From Deltaproteobacteria bacterium (lineage in GTDB: Bacteria; Desulfobacterota; Binatia; UBA1149; SPBQ01): 64,000 nucleotides of DNA. Numbering within the stretch: position 1 is the first letter of the stretch; the number at the start of each line of letters is the position of its first letter. The position numbers were made by a program, and so were the translations under genes. The stretch covers positions 129,291 through 193,290 of the forward strand of contig JAJCZM010000008.1 of NCBI GenBank assembly GCA_029262375.1, in the 5' to 3' direction. Under the pieces are notes generated by a model that had not been told where the DNA came from, did no database searches, and was given only the letters and a program-made list of their open reading frames with translations. Positions 1 to 9,053 of this stretch are shown here, piece by piece.

Positions 1-847
1 CTTGTAAGGAGAGAAGGTACACAAAGGATAGTTCTCGAAGGCCCAATCCCGAGATCGAGATGGGGATCGCGGCAACCACCCAGACGATGGAGCACGCAGC
101 CGATAGGGCCAGAAAAGAGATTCGGATCTCGCCACTAACGGCGAACGCATACAAGATCGCAAACGTTATTAGATGGATCGGTAGGCATAGGGCGAACGCA
201 CCGGCCACGCGCCCTTTCTCATGGCGGTAGAAGTCCATGACGCTTAGTAGCCGGTTGCGCAGATTGACGATGAACCGTTGGGCCCGGCCTTCGTCTGCCA
301 GCGCTCGCCGCATGAGCTTCGGCAGGAATTCGCTCGTCACAATCCATCCGCCGCAGACAACCACTGCGAGGACGGCCAGGATAATCGTGACATATTCGGC
401 CCGCCCTGAGTCCGCGGGAAGAAAGAGAATCGCAACGAGACCTACCGCCAGGATGGATACCAATCCAACGTACCGATCCGCCGCGATCGATAGGATGTGG
501 GTGACACGGGCGGGGCTATCCGTGCGGTAGAGCATGAACGAACGTGCGATATCTCCACCTAGGGCGCCGGGAAGAAACAAATTGAACGTGGCTGAGATCA
601 TCATGTAGCGAAAATAGCCCCACGAGGAGATCTCCGCGCCCGGATCGGGATTCAACAGTCGCCAGCGAACGCCGCTGATCCACACTCGAACCAGCGCGAG
701 CAGAACACATACGGCAAGCAGCGAGATCGGCACGCTGAACACCTGATCGAGGACTAGTTCCCAGTCGACAAGTTGGTCGACTGCTATCAGCATTATCGCG
801 AGGCCGACCAGCCGCCCGACGAACACAAGGAACGACTTACGGCTCAT
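1..847 (-). CDS. Flippase-like polytopic membrane protein (lysyl-phosphatidylglycerol-synthase TM-region / UPF0104 type); 3' end outside window
   Basis: The minus-strand frame is open from ATG 847-845 to the window edge. It is absent from the ORF track because no stop lies in the window. My own translation reads MSRKSFLVFVGRLVGLAIMLIAV...ATFNLFLPGALGGDIARSFMLY...: multiple hydrophobic helices plus the PGxxGGDxxR-type loop I associate with this family. Confidence 0.6.
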   Translation of the reverse strand, partial: MSRKSFLVFVGRLVGLAIMLIAVDQLVDWELVLDQVFSVPISLLAVCVLLALVRVWISGVRWRLLNPDPGAEISSWGYFRYMMISATFNLFLPGALGGDIARSFMLYRTDSPARVTHILSIAADRYVGLVSILAVGLVAILFLPADSGRAEYVTIILAVLAVVVCGGWIVTSEFLPKLMRRALADEGRAQRFIVNLRNRLLSVMDFYRHEKGRVAGAFALCLPIHLITFAILYAFAVSGEIRISFLALSAACSIVWVVAAIPISISGLGLRELSFVYLLSLQ

Positions 848-1080
848 CCGCGTATGCTGTCGGCTGGCTCGTCACCCGTCTCGTTCATGCTCTCGACTAC
901 ACACCAAAATGACCGGCGAGATCTCTGAAGCACCATAGATATTGCAGTTCGTGGGCTCGAACTTGAGCTTCATCAGCGTACATTTATGCAGCTACGGTAC
1001 TGGGTTACAACCGATCACAAGTGCGAGCTGCTGGACAATGACCGGGGGGCCGAAGCATACTTACCATGTGATTTTGCGGT

Positions 1081-3084
1081 GTGGGAGCAACCCGCGCGCG
1101 TAAAATTGTCGAGCAGCGTGCCGACGCAGCCGGCCAGCGATCCATGAAACGGAACTTCAATCCCGCGCGTCTCTATTTCGTCCTCGTAACGGTGCTGGTC
1201 TATTCGGCTATCTTCATAGTCGGGCTCCGGTACTCGTTCTACAAAATTTTCTCGCAGTTCCGCTTCTACGATGACGAAGGCACGATGATGCTACGGGTGC
1301 AGGCGTTCATCGAAGATCCTGCAACCTACGATTCCCTATCGGGCATGTACGGGCCGTTTTACTACCTACATAAGTACGCGATCTACAGCGCGCTCCAGAC
1401 CAATGTCTCCCACGATATCAATCGATTCACGACGATCGTCCTCTGGGGACTGATTGCCGCAGCTTGTGCCTTTCTCGTTCATCGGGTTTCCCGGTCGATC
1501 GTTTTGGCGGCGATCGTACAGATGCAGCTCATCGTGTATCTCGCGGCGTTCGCCAACGAACCCGGACACCCGCATGAGGTGGGTCTTGTCTTGATCGGCG
1601 CGGCTCTGGTGTTGTCGACGTTCGTTACTACATCGCGGAGCAGCTTTGTGAGCATGGCGGGACTCGGTGCCGTGACTGCGGCTCTGCTACTCGTCAAAGT
1701 GAATCTGGGGATATTTCTCGTTGCGCCGCTCAGCCTAGCCGTGCTTCGCTTTTTGCCCCGGAGCAAGCTGGTTCTGGGCCTCAGCTGGCTAGCCGCCGCG
1801 GTCGCCCTCGTTCTGCCGACAGCGCTCATGTGGCGACATCTCGATATGCGATGGGGGCAGAACTACTGTGCGCTGGTCACGTTAGTTATTGCCTCTAGCT
1901 TGGTCGCTTCGTCACGCAGGAGCGAGAGAGGCGAATTACGGTGGGCTGATGTCGGCGTTGCATTGGGCGCGGCGGCCATCACGGTCGGCGCTGTCTGCGC
2001 GCTGATCGTGGGTTGGGGGAGTTCACTTTCGGCAGTCGCCAACTCCGTCTTCTTGCGCGCGGCTACCCTTCCCTCGTCTTTTGTCATCTCAGCTCCGATA
2101 ACTCAGAACGTCGTCAAGGCTAGCGCCGCGTCGTTCTTGCTTGCCGTCGGCTACACGCTCGCGGCCCGAACGATCCGAGGGCGCAAACTTTCCATAGCAA
2201 CCCTGTCCATCGTGAAATTGGCGTACGCTGGTTTCGCACTCTACAGCGTTAACTACTATGCGGACTCTGTCTTGCTCCGCAGCATCCCGATTCCGTTCAT
2301 ATGGCTCGTACTCGCTGAGCCTAATGCTGTTGAGAAGACGTCGATCCGTGAGCTCTTCCCTAGAATTTTCCTCTGCCTGCTAGCCGCTTTTCAAACACTA
2401 CAAGCGTACCCGGTTCACGGATCGCAAGCGCGATGGGCCGCGTTCTTGATTGTTCCGTTAGCCGCCATTTGTATCGGTGATGCGGTCCGCGGCCTTTGGG
2501 ACGTCGTCGACCCCGGTTTGCGACGCACTTCCAGCTGGGGCCGACTGACCTGGCTTCAACCGACGCTCTCATTGCTGCTCGTGTGTGGCATTGGTACCGC
2601 CTACTACGGAAAGGCAAATCTCACAGGAGTAGCCACTGCCTATGCGCAGCGTAGCCCTCTGGGCATGCCTGGTTCCAGCAGAATCCGGCTTCTGCCGTCC
2701 GAGGTCGGCCAGATTCGCTGGACGGTTGAGCGGATAAAGTCCCACTGCGATGGGTTCATCGGTTTGCCGGGATTCGCGAGCATGTACTTCTGGACCGAAA
2801 TCCCCCCGCCAGGCACCATTAACAACGGCTGGATTTTCAATCTTGGCAATGCTCGCCAGCTAGAGGTCATTGAGACGATGCGGACGTATGAGCGGCCCTG
2901 CGTGCTCCGCAATATGAAAGCCGTAAGATTTTGGACAGGCGGTCGCCCGTTGGATTCCCAAAAGCCACTCATCCGATACATCCAGACCAACTACAAGTCC
3001 GTTGTTGAAGAGTACGGAGCGTACTCGCTACTCGTGACTGGAGATCGTTCGATCGGTGTCGGACCGAGGGAGGAAGGCACGTGA
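1081..3084 (+). CDS. Large polytopic membrane protein, putative GT-C-fold glycosyltransferase (paralog group with 11462 and 15652 genes)
   Basis: 667-aa ORF starting at GTG 1081; ATG 1144 (MKRNFN...) is an alternative start. It has more than 10 hydrophobic segments followed by a soluble C-terminal domain. The first loop, FYDDEGTMM...GPFYY (DEG at 1273-1281), resembles the acidic loop-1 motif of PMT/ArnT-type enzymes. GTGA overlap with the next gene. Confidence 0.55.
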   Translation: MGATRARKIVEQRADAAGQRSMKRNFNPARLYFVLVTVLVYSAIFIVGLRYSFYKIFSQFRFYDDEGTMMLRVQAFIEDPATYDSLSGMYGPFYYLHKYAIYSALQTNVSHDINRFTTIVLWGLIAAACAFLVHRVSRSIVLAAIVQMQLIVYLAAFANEPGHPHEVGLVLIGAALVLSTFVTTSRSSFVSMAGLGAVTAALLLVKVNLGIFLVAPLSLAVLRFLPRSKLVLGLSWLAAAVALVLPTALMWRHLDMRWGQNYCALVTLVIASSLVASSRRSERGELRWADVGVALGAAAITVGAVCALIVGWGSSLSAVANSVFLRAATLPSSFVISAPITQNVVKASAASFLLAVGYTLAARTIRGRKLSIATLSIVKLAYAGFALYSVNYYADSVLLRSIPIPFIWLVLAEPNAVEKTSIRELFPRIFLCLLAAFQTLQAYPVHGSQARWAAFLIVPLAAICIGDAVRGLWDVVDPGLRRTSSWGRLTWLQPTLSLLLVCGIGTAYYGKANLTGVATAYAQRSPLGMPGSSRIRLLPSEVGQIRWTVERIKSHCDGFIGLPGFASMYFWTEIPPPGTINNGWIFNLGNARQLEVIETMRTYERPCVLRNMKAVRFWTGGRPLDSQKPLIRYIQTNYKSVVEEYGAYSLLVTGDRSIGVGPREEGT

Positions 3085-3953
3085 CGAGTCCGATTTTCGT
3101 CCTTGGAAACCCCCGCTCCGGCACGACGATGCTGAGACTCATGCTGACTTGCCATCGGAACATCATGATTCCTCCGGAGGCTGGTTTCGCAGTCTGGCTC
3201 TACCAACGATACAATGGGCGGCTCGGGGATAGTCGGCACCAACTCGATGCTTTCGTAGATGATCTTCTCGAGACTCGAAAGATCGAGACGTGGGAAATCG
3301 ATGGACCCGAATTGAAACGCTACTTGCATGAGGCAGGCCCGTCATCCTACCCGGAAGCGGTCTCCCTCGTGTATCAGTGGTACGGTCACTGTACGGGACG
3401 ACGCTTCAATCGATGGGGAGACAAGAACAATTTCTACATCGATCATATCGATGTTTTAGATCGCATGTTTCCCGACGCGCAGTTCGTGCATATCGTTCGC
3501 GATGGCCGCAACGTCGCATGCTCGTATCGAAACCTCGCGAAACAAACGATGCACTCGACCTATGCACCGAAGCTGCCCGTTGAGATCGAGAGCATTGCCG
3601 ATGAGTGGCAACGAAATACGGATACGGTTCATCGTGCTTTCCAGAATATCGGCGGCAACCGATGCTACGAGATGCGACTCGAGGATTTGCTAATCGATCC
3701 GGCGAAACAGTTGGTAATGCTCACCGAATTCCTCGGCGAGGAGTTCGATCCAATGATGCTTGAATACCATCGCTTAAATGGGGACCGGCAGCTGGAACCG
3801 CAAGAGTTCCTGCAATGGAAGGAGAAAACTTTGCAGCCACCGATTGCCACGCTGAACGAAATCTACAAACGCCAGCTCGAACCCGAGGCCATCGCGACGT
3901 TCGAAGCGGTGGCCGGCGACGCGCTCCGACGCTATCGCTACCTACCGCAATGA
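3081..3953 (+). CDS. PAPS-dependent sulfotransferase family protein
   Basis: 290 aa. The N-terminal IFVLGNPRSGTTMLRLML matches the 5'-phosphosulfate-binding loop (PRSGTT) of sulfotransferases. Soluble, with no TM segment. Coupled to both neighbours by 4-nt overlaps. Confidence 0.8.
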   Translation: MTSPIFVLGNPRSGTTMLRLMLTCHRNIMIPPEAGFAVWLYQRYNGRLGDSRHQLDAFVDDLLETRKIETWEIDGPELKRYLHEAGPSSYPEAVSLVYQWYGHCTGRRFNRWGDKNNFYIDHIDVLDRMFPDAQFVHIVRDGRNVACSYRNLAKQTMHSTYAPKLPVEIESIADEWQRNTDTVHRAFQNIGGNRCYEMRLEDLLIDPAKQLVMLTEFLGEEFDPMMLEYHRLNGDRQLEPQEFLQWKEKTLQPPIATLNEIYKRQLEPEAIATFEAVAGDALRRYRYLPQ

Positions 3954-4924
3954 GCGCGCAAGCGCCCGTAGTTCCGGGCGTACAAGATGGGGAGTGCGAC
4001 TACTCAATCGTTATTCCGGTCTATTTCAATGAAGGGTCATTGCACTCCACCATGGAGGCGATACACGCAGAAGTCGTTGCGAAGAACCCGGACCTGACCC
4101 ACGAAGTAATATTCGTCGATGATGGCTCAGGCGACAATTCCTTTTCCGAATTGATCGAGATCCACAAGAAGTATCCGGGCGAGGTTCGCGTCATCAAACT
4201 TACGCGCAACTTCGGTCAACCAAGCGCACGCTTGGCCGGGCTCGCCCATGCGCGGGGACGCTGTCTGATCTCGACTGCCGCGGATGAACAGAATCCAACT
4301 GCGCTGATGAACAGCATGCTCAGTGCGCATTTCGATGAGCACTACGAAGTCGTGATCTGTGTGCGCACGCACCGTGACGAGTCGTGGTATCGAACTCTAA
4401 CGTCGAGATTTTTCTTCTCCCTGATGAGGCGGTTGAGTTTCCCGAACATGCCGGTCGAGGGATTCGACTACGTCCTACTAGGACGTAAGGCGATCGATGC
4501 GATTCTGAGGAACCAGGAAGCGCACGCGTACTTTCAAGGACAGATTCTGTGGTCTGGATTCGAACCTAAGTTCCTTGAGTATCGTCGGCTCGAACGCAGG
4601 GTCGGCCGTTCTCGCTGGACGTTCGGAAAGAAGATCACCTTGCTGGTAGATGGAACGCTCGGCTATTCGTTCTTGCCGATCCGTTTGATGTCCCTAGTGG
4701 GTATTGGCATCTCCTTTCTGGCCTTCGCCTACGCCGCTTTCGTGATCTTCCGAAAATTGTATTGGGGCACTAAGGTACTGGGCTGGGCCACGCTAACGAT
4801 CGCGATCTTGGGCATAGGCGGGGTCCAGATTCTCATGCTGGGAATCATCGGCGAGTATCTTTGGAGATCGTTGGCTCAGAGCCGAAATCGCGACGCATAC
4901 GTGGTCGAACAAATCCTCGACTAA
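3950..4924 (+). CDS. GT2 polyprenyl-phosphate glycosyltransferase (ArnC/GtrB/DPM1-like) with C-terminal TM helices
   Basis: ATG 3950 overlaps the upstream stop (ATGA). Motifs: YSIVIPVYFNEGSL, VIFVDDGSGDNS and a C-terminal pair of TM helices (LMSLVGIGISFLAFAY..., ILGIGGVQILMLGIIGEYL), typical of Und-P-sugar synthases. The ORF-track start at 3815 is an upstream extension. Confidence 0.8.
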   Translation: MSAQAPVVPGVQDGECDYSIVIPVYFNEGSLHSTMEAIHAEVVAKNPDLTHEVIFVDDGSGDNSFSELIEIHKKYPGEVRVIKLTRNFGQPSARLAGLAHARGRCLISTAADEQNPTALMNSMLSAHFDEHYEVVICVRTHRDESWYRTLTSRFFFSLMRRLSFPNMPVEGFDYVLLGRKAIDAILRNQEAHAYFQGQILWSGFEPKFLEYRRLERRVGRSRWTFGKKITLLVDGTLGYSFLPIRLMSLVGIGISFLAFAYAAFVIFRKLYWGTKVLGWATLTIAILGIGGVQILMLGIIGEYLWRSLAQSRNRDAYVVEQILD

Positions 4925-5308
4925 CGCCGTACAAAGCTGACCGAAGTCGCTGGTTGGTTCGACCATAGCTGCGACAACGAAAGAGGCGGCGCCCCGGTAT
5001 TGTGCGCGCAAGGCCGGGGGCGCGGCGATGTGAGTTGCTGTTCCAGCCTTTCAGAGCGCGTCGGATAGACGTTGGGCATAATCTACAGGTCTTCGCTCTT
5101 ACCATCCTGATGAGCGTTCTCGGCGCCCCACTTCTGTGGTTCTCGCGCGGACTGATGATATCTCCCAGTATCGACCGTGGCTCCACCGCCCCCTCGCACC
5201 CCTCGTGAGGCAGGCTTAGCCGCGCCGATCGATCCAGAATCCGGCGCGCTAAACCCCCGAAATGCGCTATACTTATCCGTGCAACTCATCTCGAGTTGAG
5301 GTCTTATC

Positions 5309-6457
5309 GTGAACAAACGCGTTCTCATCACAGGCGGCGCCGGATTTATCGGCTCCTTCCTCGCGGATCACTTCCTTGCGGCAGGGACGCCGGTTCGAGT
5401 GCTCGATTGCCTGGACCCACAGGTTCATCCGCAGGGCCGCCCGTCCTATCTGTCCGAAGACGTCGAGCTGCAGGTTGCCGATGTCAGAGATCGCGCGGCT
5501 GTAGACGCCGCCCTCGAAGACGTCGATGTGATCGTGCATTGCGCGGCGGCGGTCGGTGTCGCCCAATCGCTGTATCGCGTGCAGCACTATTTGGATGCGA
5601 ATGTTGGCGGTACGGGCGCACTGCTGGATGCGATCGCAGCCCGCAAGACGAGGCCGTCAAGACTCGTCGTACTTACCTCGATGACCGGCTACGGCGAAGG
5701 TCTCTACCGCCGACCGAGCGACGGCGTACTGTTGCGCGTACCGATTCGCAGTCGTGACGACATAGATCGTTTCGGTTGGGATCTTGTAGATCCCGAGTCG
5801 AAAGAAGTGTTGGAGTACGCTCCGACGCCCGAAACCGCCGAGTTGCTAGCGCGCAATGTCTACGCGCTGACGAAGCGATACCAAGAAGAACTCTCATTGT
5901 CGTTGGGAGAGCTCTACGGTTTTCCTGTGACTTGTTTGAGAATGTTCAACGTCTACGGACCACGACAATCGCTCAGCAATCCGTACACGGGAGTGCTTGC
6001 CATTTTCTTGAGTCGTCTTCTTGCCGGTCAAGCGCCGGTGGTTTACGAAGACGGTGGGCAGACGCGCGACTTCATTTCGGTACACGATGTCGTGCGCGCA
6101 GTAGATTTGGTTGTCTCGCATCCCGCAGCGGCAGGGCAGATTTTCAATCTCGGAACGGGAATCGCGCGTTCCATCGGTGACATCGGTCGCGACCTGGCCG
6201 TACTCGTTGGTCGAGAAGATCTCGCCCCCAGCGCCAGTGGTGAGTTTCGCACCGGAGACATACGGCACTGTGTTGCCGACTCGTCGAAGATTCGCGAAAC
6301 GCTTGGCTACACGCCAACGGCCGATTGGGAAGAGAGCTTGGACGAACTGCTCGAATGGTCACGCGCCGCGCCGACCAGCGACGATTTCTCTCAGGCAGAG
6401 AAAGAATTGCGTGAGCACGGACTCGTGAGTTCGGCAGGTGGAGAATCGAAGTCGTGA
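5309..6457 (+). CDS. NAD-dependent sugar epimerase/dehydratase (extended SDR)
   Basis: GTG start. Motifs: [18 protein letters not shown] Rossmann GxxGxx[10 protein letters not shown] (YxxxK) and NVYGPRQ. Confidence 0.85.
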   Translation: MNKRVLITGGAGFIGSFLADHFLAAGTPVRVLDCLDPQVHPQGRPSYLSEDVELQVADVRDRAAVDAALEDVDVIVHCAAAVGVAQSLYRVQHYLDANVGGTGALLDAIAARKTRPSRLVVLTSMTGYGEGLYRRPSDGVLLRVPIRSRDDIDRFGWDLVDPESKEVLEYAPTPETAELLARNVYALTKRYQEELSLSLGELYGFPVTCLRMFNVYGPRQSLSNPYTGVLAIFLSRLLAGQAPVVYEDGGQTRDFISVHDVVRAVDLVVSHPAAAGQIFNLGTGIARSIGDIGRDLAVLVGREDLAPSASGEFRTGDIRHCVADSSKIRETLGYTPTADWEESLDELLEWSRAAPTSDDFSQAEKELREHGLVSSAGGESKS

Positions 6458-7497
6458 CCAAGACCCATACGGTTCTCATTACGGGCAGCAGCGGCCTGAT
6501 CGGCTCGGAAGCCGTCACCTATTTCGACCAGCGAGGCTGGGACGTACACGGAATCGACAACAACATGCGCCTCGATTTCTTCGGTCCCGATGGCGACACG
6601 ACCTGGAATCTGCAGCGCCTTCGCGAGTCCACCCGCGGGTTCACCCATCACGACATCGACATTCGCGATCGTGAGGCAGTGCTCGCGTTCGTAGCCGACC
6701 AGCGTCCCGACCTGATCATTCATTGCGCGTCTCAACCGTCACACGATCTTGCCAAGGATCGACCTTTCGACGACTTTGACGTGAACGCCGTCGGAACTCT
6801 GAACTTTCTCGAAGCCGTACGCCGGACATGTCCGACGTCGCCATTCATTTTCATGAGCACCAACAAGGTGTACGGCGACGTTCCCAATGAGATTGCGCGC
6901 GTGGAACTCGAAACGCGATACGACTACGCGAACCCCGAAGACTACGACGGCATAAAGGAAACGTGCCGCATCGATTCGTGCACGCATAGCCTGTTCGGTG
7001 CGTCCAAGGCGGCCGCTGACCTGATGGTCCAGGAGTACGGTCGCTACTTCGACATGCCGACCGTTTGTCTGCGCGGCGGATGTCTTACGGGACCGAATCA
7101 TTCCGGCGCCGAGTTGCATGGATTTCTCGCTTACCTCGCACTGGCAACTAAAGAGGGGCGGCCCTATCGTATCTACGGATACAAAGGGAAGCAGGTCCGC
7201 GACAACATTCACTCCTACGACGTATGTACTTTCTTCGAAGCGTTCTGGAAGCGACCGCGCGCGGCGGCGGTGTACAACCTCGGTGGCGGCCGAGACAACA
7301 GCGTGTCGATGCTCGAGGCGATCGATCGATTCCAAGAAGCCATCGGCAAGAAGCTCGACGTCGAGTACGTGGACGAGAATCGTGTGGGCGACCACATCTG
7401 TTACATCAGCGATCTCTCGCTCATCCGCAACGACTACCCGGAGTGGGATCTCGAGTATGATCTCGACCGAATTTTCGACGAAGTGAGTTCGTCATGA
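6454..7497 (+). CDS. Extended-SDR epimerase, CDP-paratose 2-epimerase-like; catalytic Tyr position reads Phe
   Basis: Motifs: [24 protein letters not shown] and GKQVRDNIH, which resemble tyvelose/paratose epimerase as I recall it. The expected YxxxK reads [11 protein letters not shown] (F at 6994-6996). GTGA overlap upstream and ATGA overlap downstream. Confidence 0.75.
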   Translation: MTKTHTVLITGSSGLIGSEAVTYFDQRGWDVHGIDNNMRLDFFGPDGDTTWNLQRLRESTRGFTHHDIDIRDREAVLAFVADQRPDLIIHCASQPSHDLAKDRPFDDFDVNAVGTLNFLEAVRRTCPTSPFIFMSTNKVYGDVPNEIARVELETRYDYANPEDYDGIKETCRIDSCTHSLFGASKAAADLMVQEYGRYFDMPTVCLRGGCLTGPNHSGAELHGFLAYLALATKEGRPYRIYGYKGKQVRDNIHSYDVCTFFEAFWKRPRAAAVYNLGGGRDNSVSMLEAIDRFQEAIGKKLDVEYVDENRVGDHICYISDLSLIRNDYPEWDLEYDLDRIFDEVSSS

Positions 7498-8291
7498 CCC
7501 GCCCGATGCTGTTGTCGGTGGTAATTCCTGCTCGCAACGAGGAGGCAAACATCGGCGCAACGTTAGACGCACTCGTCGCTGCGCTGAACGCCGACAATAT
7601 TCCGTTCGAACTGCTGGTAATCGATGATGGCAGTACCGACGATACGTTCGCGGTCGTAGAGGCCCGCGGCGCGAACACGCCGGGCATACGAGTGGAGCGC
7701 AATCCCGGGCGTAACGGCTTCGGGCGCGCTATACGCTACGGACTCGAGAACTTCACGGGAGACGCGGTGGTCATCGTCATGGCCGATGCGTCGGACGACC
7801 CGGCCGATGTCGTGCGGTACTACTATGTACTCAGAGACGAAGCCGAGTGCGCCTTCGGTTCGCGCTTCATCAAGGGGGGCGGGACGGTCGACTACCCGCG
7901 CTTCAAATACGTCATCAATCGTTTGGCCAATCTCTTCATTCGCATCCTGTTCAGAATGTCGTTCAACGATGCGACCAATGCGTTTAAAGGCTACAGGGCC
8001 GGTGTGGTTCGCGGCTGCGCACCGATCATCTCCCCACACTTCAATCTGACCGTTGAGCTGCCGCTCAAGGCGATCGTGCGCGGGTATAGCTATCGCGTGC
8101 TTCCTATCACCTGGCGGAATCGTACAAGTGGTACGAGCAGTCTTCACCTCGAAGAGCAGGGATCGCGATATCTATTCATCGTGCTCCACGTCTGGCTCGA
8201 ACAGCTTCTGACCAAGGGAGATTACCGGCGTCCCGTGGAAGATGAGGGCTTCAAGCCGTGGGACAGCGAGGCGTCCGACGGCGCCCACTGA
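7494..8291 (+). CDS. GT2 glycosyltransferase, dolichyl/polyprenyl-phosphate mannose synthase-like (no TM)
   Basis: Motifs: [26 protein letters not shown] and [12 protein letters not shown] (the DxD region). Confidence 0.8.
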   Translation: MTRPMLLSVVIPARNEEANIGATLDALVAALNADNIPFELLVIDDGSTDDTFAVVEARGANTPGIRVERNPGRNGFGRAIRYGLENFTGDAVVIVMADASDDPADVVRYYYVLRDEAECAFGSRFIKGGGTVDYPRFKYVINRLANLFIRILFRMSFNDATNAFKGYRAGVVRGCAPIISPHFNLTVELPLKAIVRGYSYRVLPITWRNRTSGTSSLHLEEQGSRYLFIVLHVWLEQLLTKGDYRRPVEDEGFKPWDSEASDGAH

Positions 8292-8993
8292 GTGGACATG
8301 GCAGATTCAGAGTTCGAACCATCGAAACTAGATAAGGGGCTGCAGCAGCTTTACGCTGCCCGATTTCCGGAAGCCGAAAGGCGTGCTCGTGTCGTACTTT
8401 GGAAGACGCTGTGCGATTCGTTCTTCGCGCGGTACGTGACTCCTCAATCCACAGTTTTGGATATGGGAGCCGGCTACTGCGATTTCATCAATCAGATTCG
8501 GGCGTCTCGCCGGATCGCGATCGATCTGAATCCCGAGACGGCTGACGCAGCTCAACCGGACGTGGAAGTACACTCCGTAGCCTTGCCGGAACTAGACAGC
8601 GTTGTGGAAGCCGAGTCCGTTGACCTTGCGTTCGCGAGCAACGTATTCGAGCACCTTCGCAATCCCGACGATCTATTACGTGTTCTTGCCGCGGTTCGCA
8701 CGGTGCTGCGTCCCGGTGGAAAGCTGATCATCATGCAGCCCAATGTGCGATTGGTCGGCGGCCGCTTCTGGGATTTCTTCGACCATACGCTTCCATTGAC
8801 GGAGAAAGGGATGGAGGAAGCACTAGAACTCTCCGGGCTGTGCGTGACCGAGTCGCGCGCCCGCTTCCTGCCGTACACGACGAAAAGCAGGCTGCCTCAG
8901 GCCGCATTCCTGATCCGTTTGTATCTCGCCTTTCCACCGGCGCAGTGGATTCTTGGCAAGCAGTTCTTGGTCGTGGCTGAACGACCGGCGTAG
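8292..8993 (+). CDS. Class I SAM-dependent methyltransferase
   Basis: Motif I VLDMGAGYCDF, plus LAFASNVFEHL and LRPGGKLII. GTG 8292 directly abuts the upstream stop; ATG 8298 is an alternative start. Confidence 0.75.
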   Translation: MDMADSEFEPSKLDKGLQQLYAARFPEAERRARVVLWKTLCDSFFARYVTPQSTVLDMGAGYCDFINQIRASRRIAIDLNPETADAAQPDVEVHSVALPELDSVVEAESVDLAFASNVFEHLRNPDDLLRVLAAVRTVLRPGGKLIIMQPNVRLVGGRFWDFFDHTLPLTEKGMEEALELSGLCVTESRARFLPYTTKSRLPQAAFLIRLYLAFPPAQWILGKQFLVVAERPA

Positions 8994-9053
8994 GGCGATC
9001 ATTCAGCGAACTGACCACTGCGCCTACCAAAAGCGCAACACCAATACCTGTCT

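Noticed and set aside
237-710. ORFs 237-530 (+) and 516-710 (-)
   Set aside because: Both lie inside the longer edge-truncated minus-strand flippase-like gene (1-847). That gene was omitted from the ORF track only because its stop is outside the window.
1066-1076. CAAAATCAC 9-mer (complement of GTGATTTTG) upstream of the first GT-C gene, matching part of the Fur-like motif at 34494-34502
   Set aside because: It is too short, lacks the remainder of the box and has no palindromic partner. It is likely chance.
6739-8147. Antisense ORFs 6739-7395 (218 aa) and 7563-8147 (194 aa)
   Set aside because: They lie opposite the well-supported SDR epimerase and GT2 genes. They have no start context or motifs and are GC-rich artefacts.
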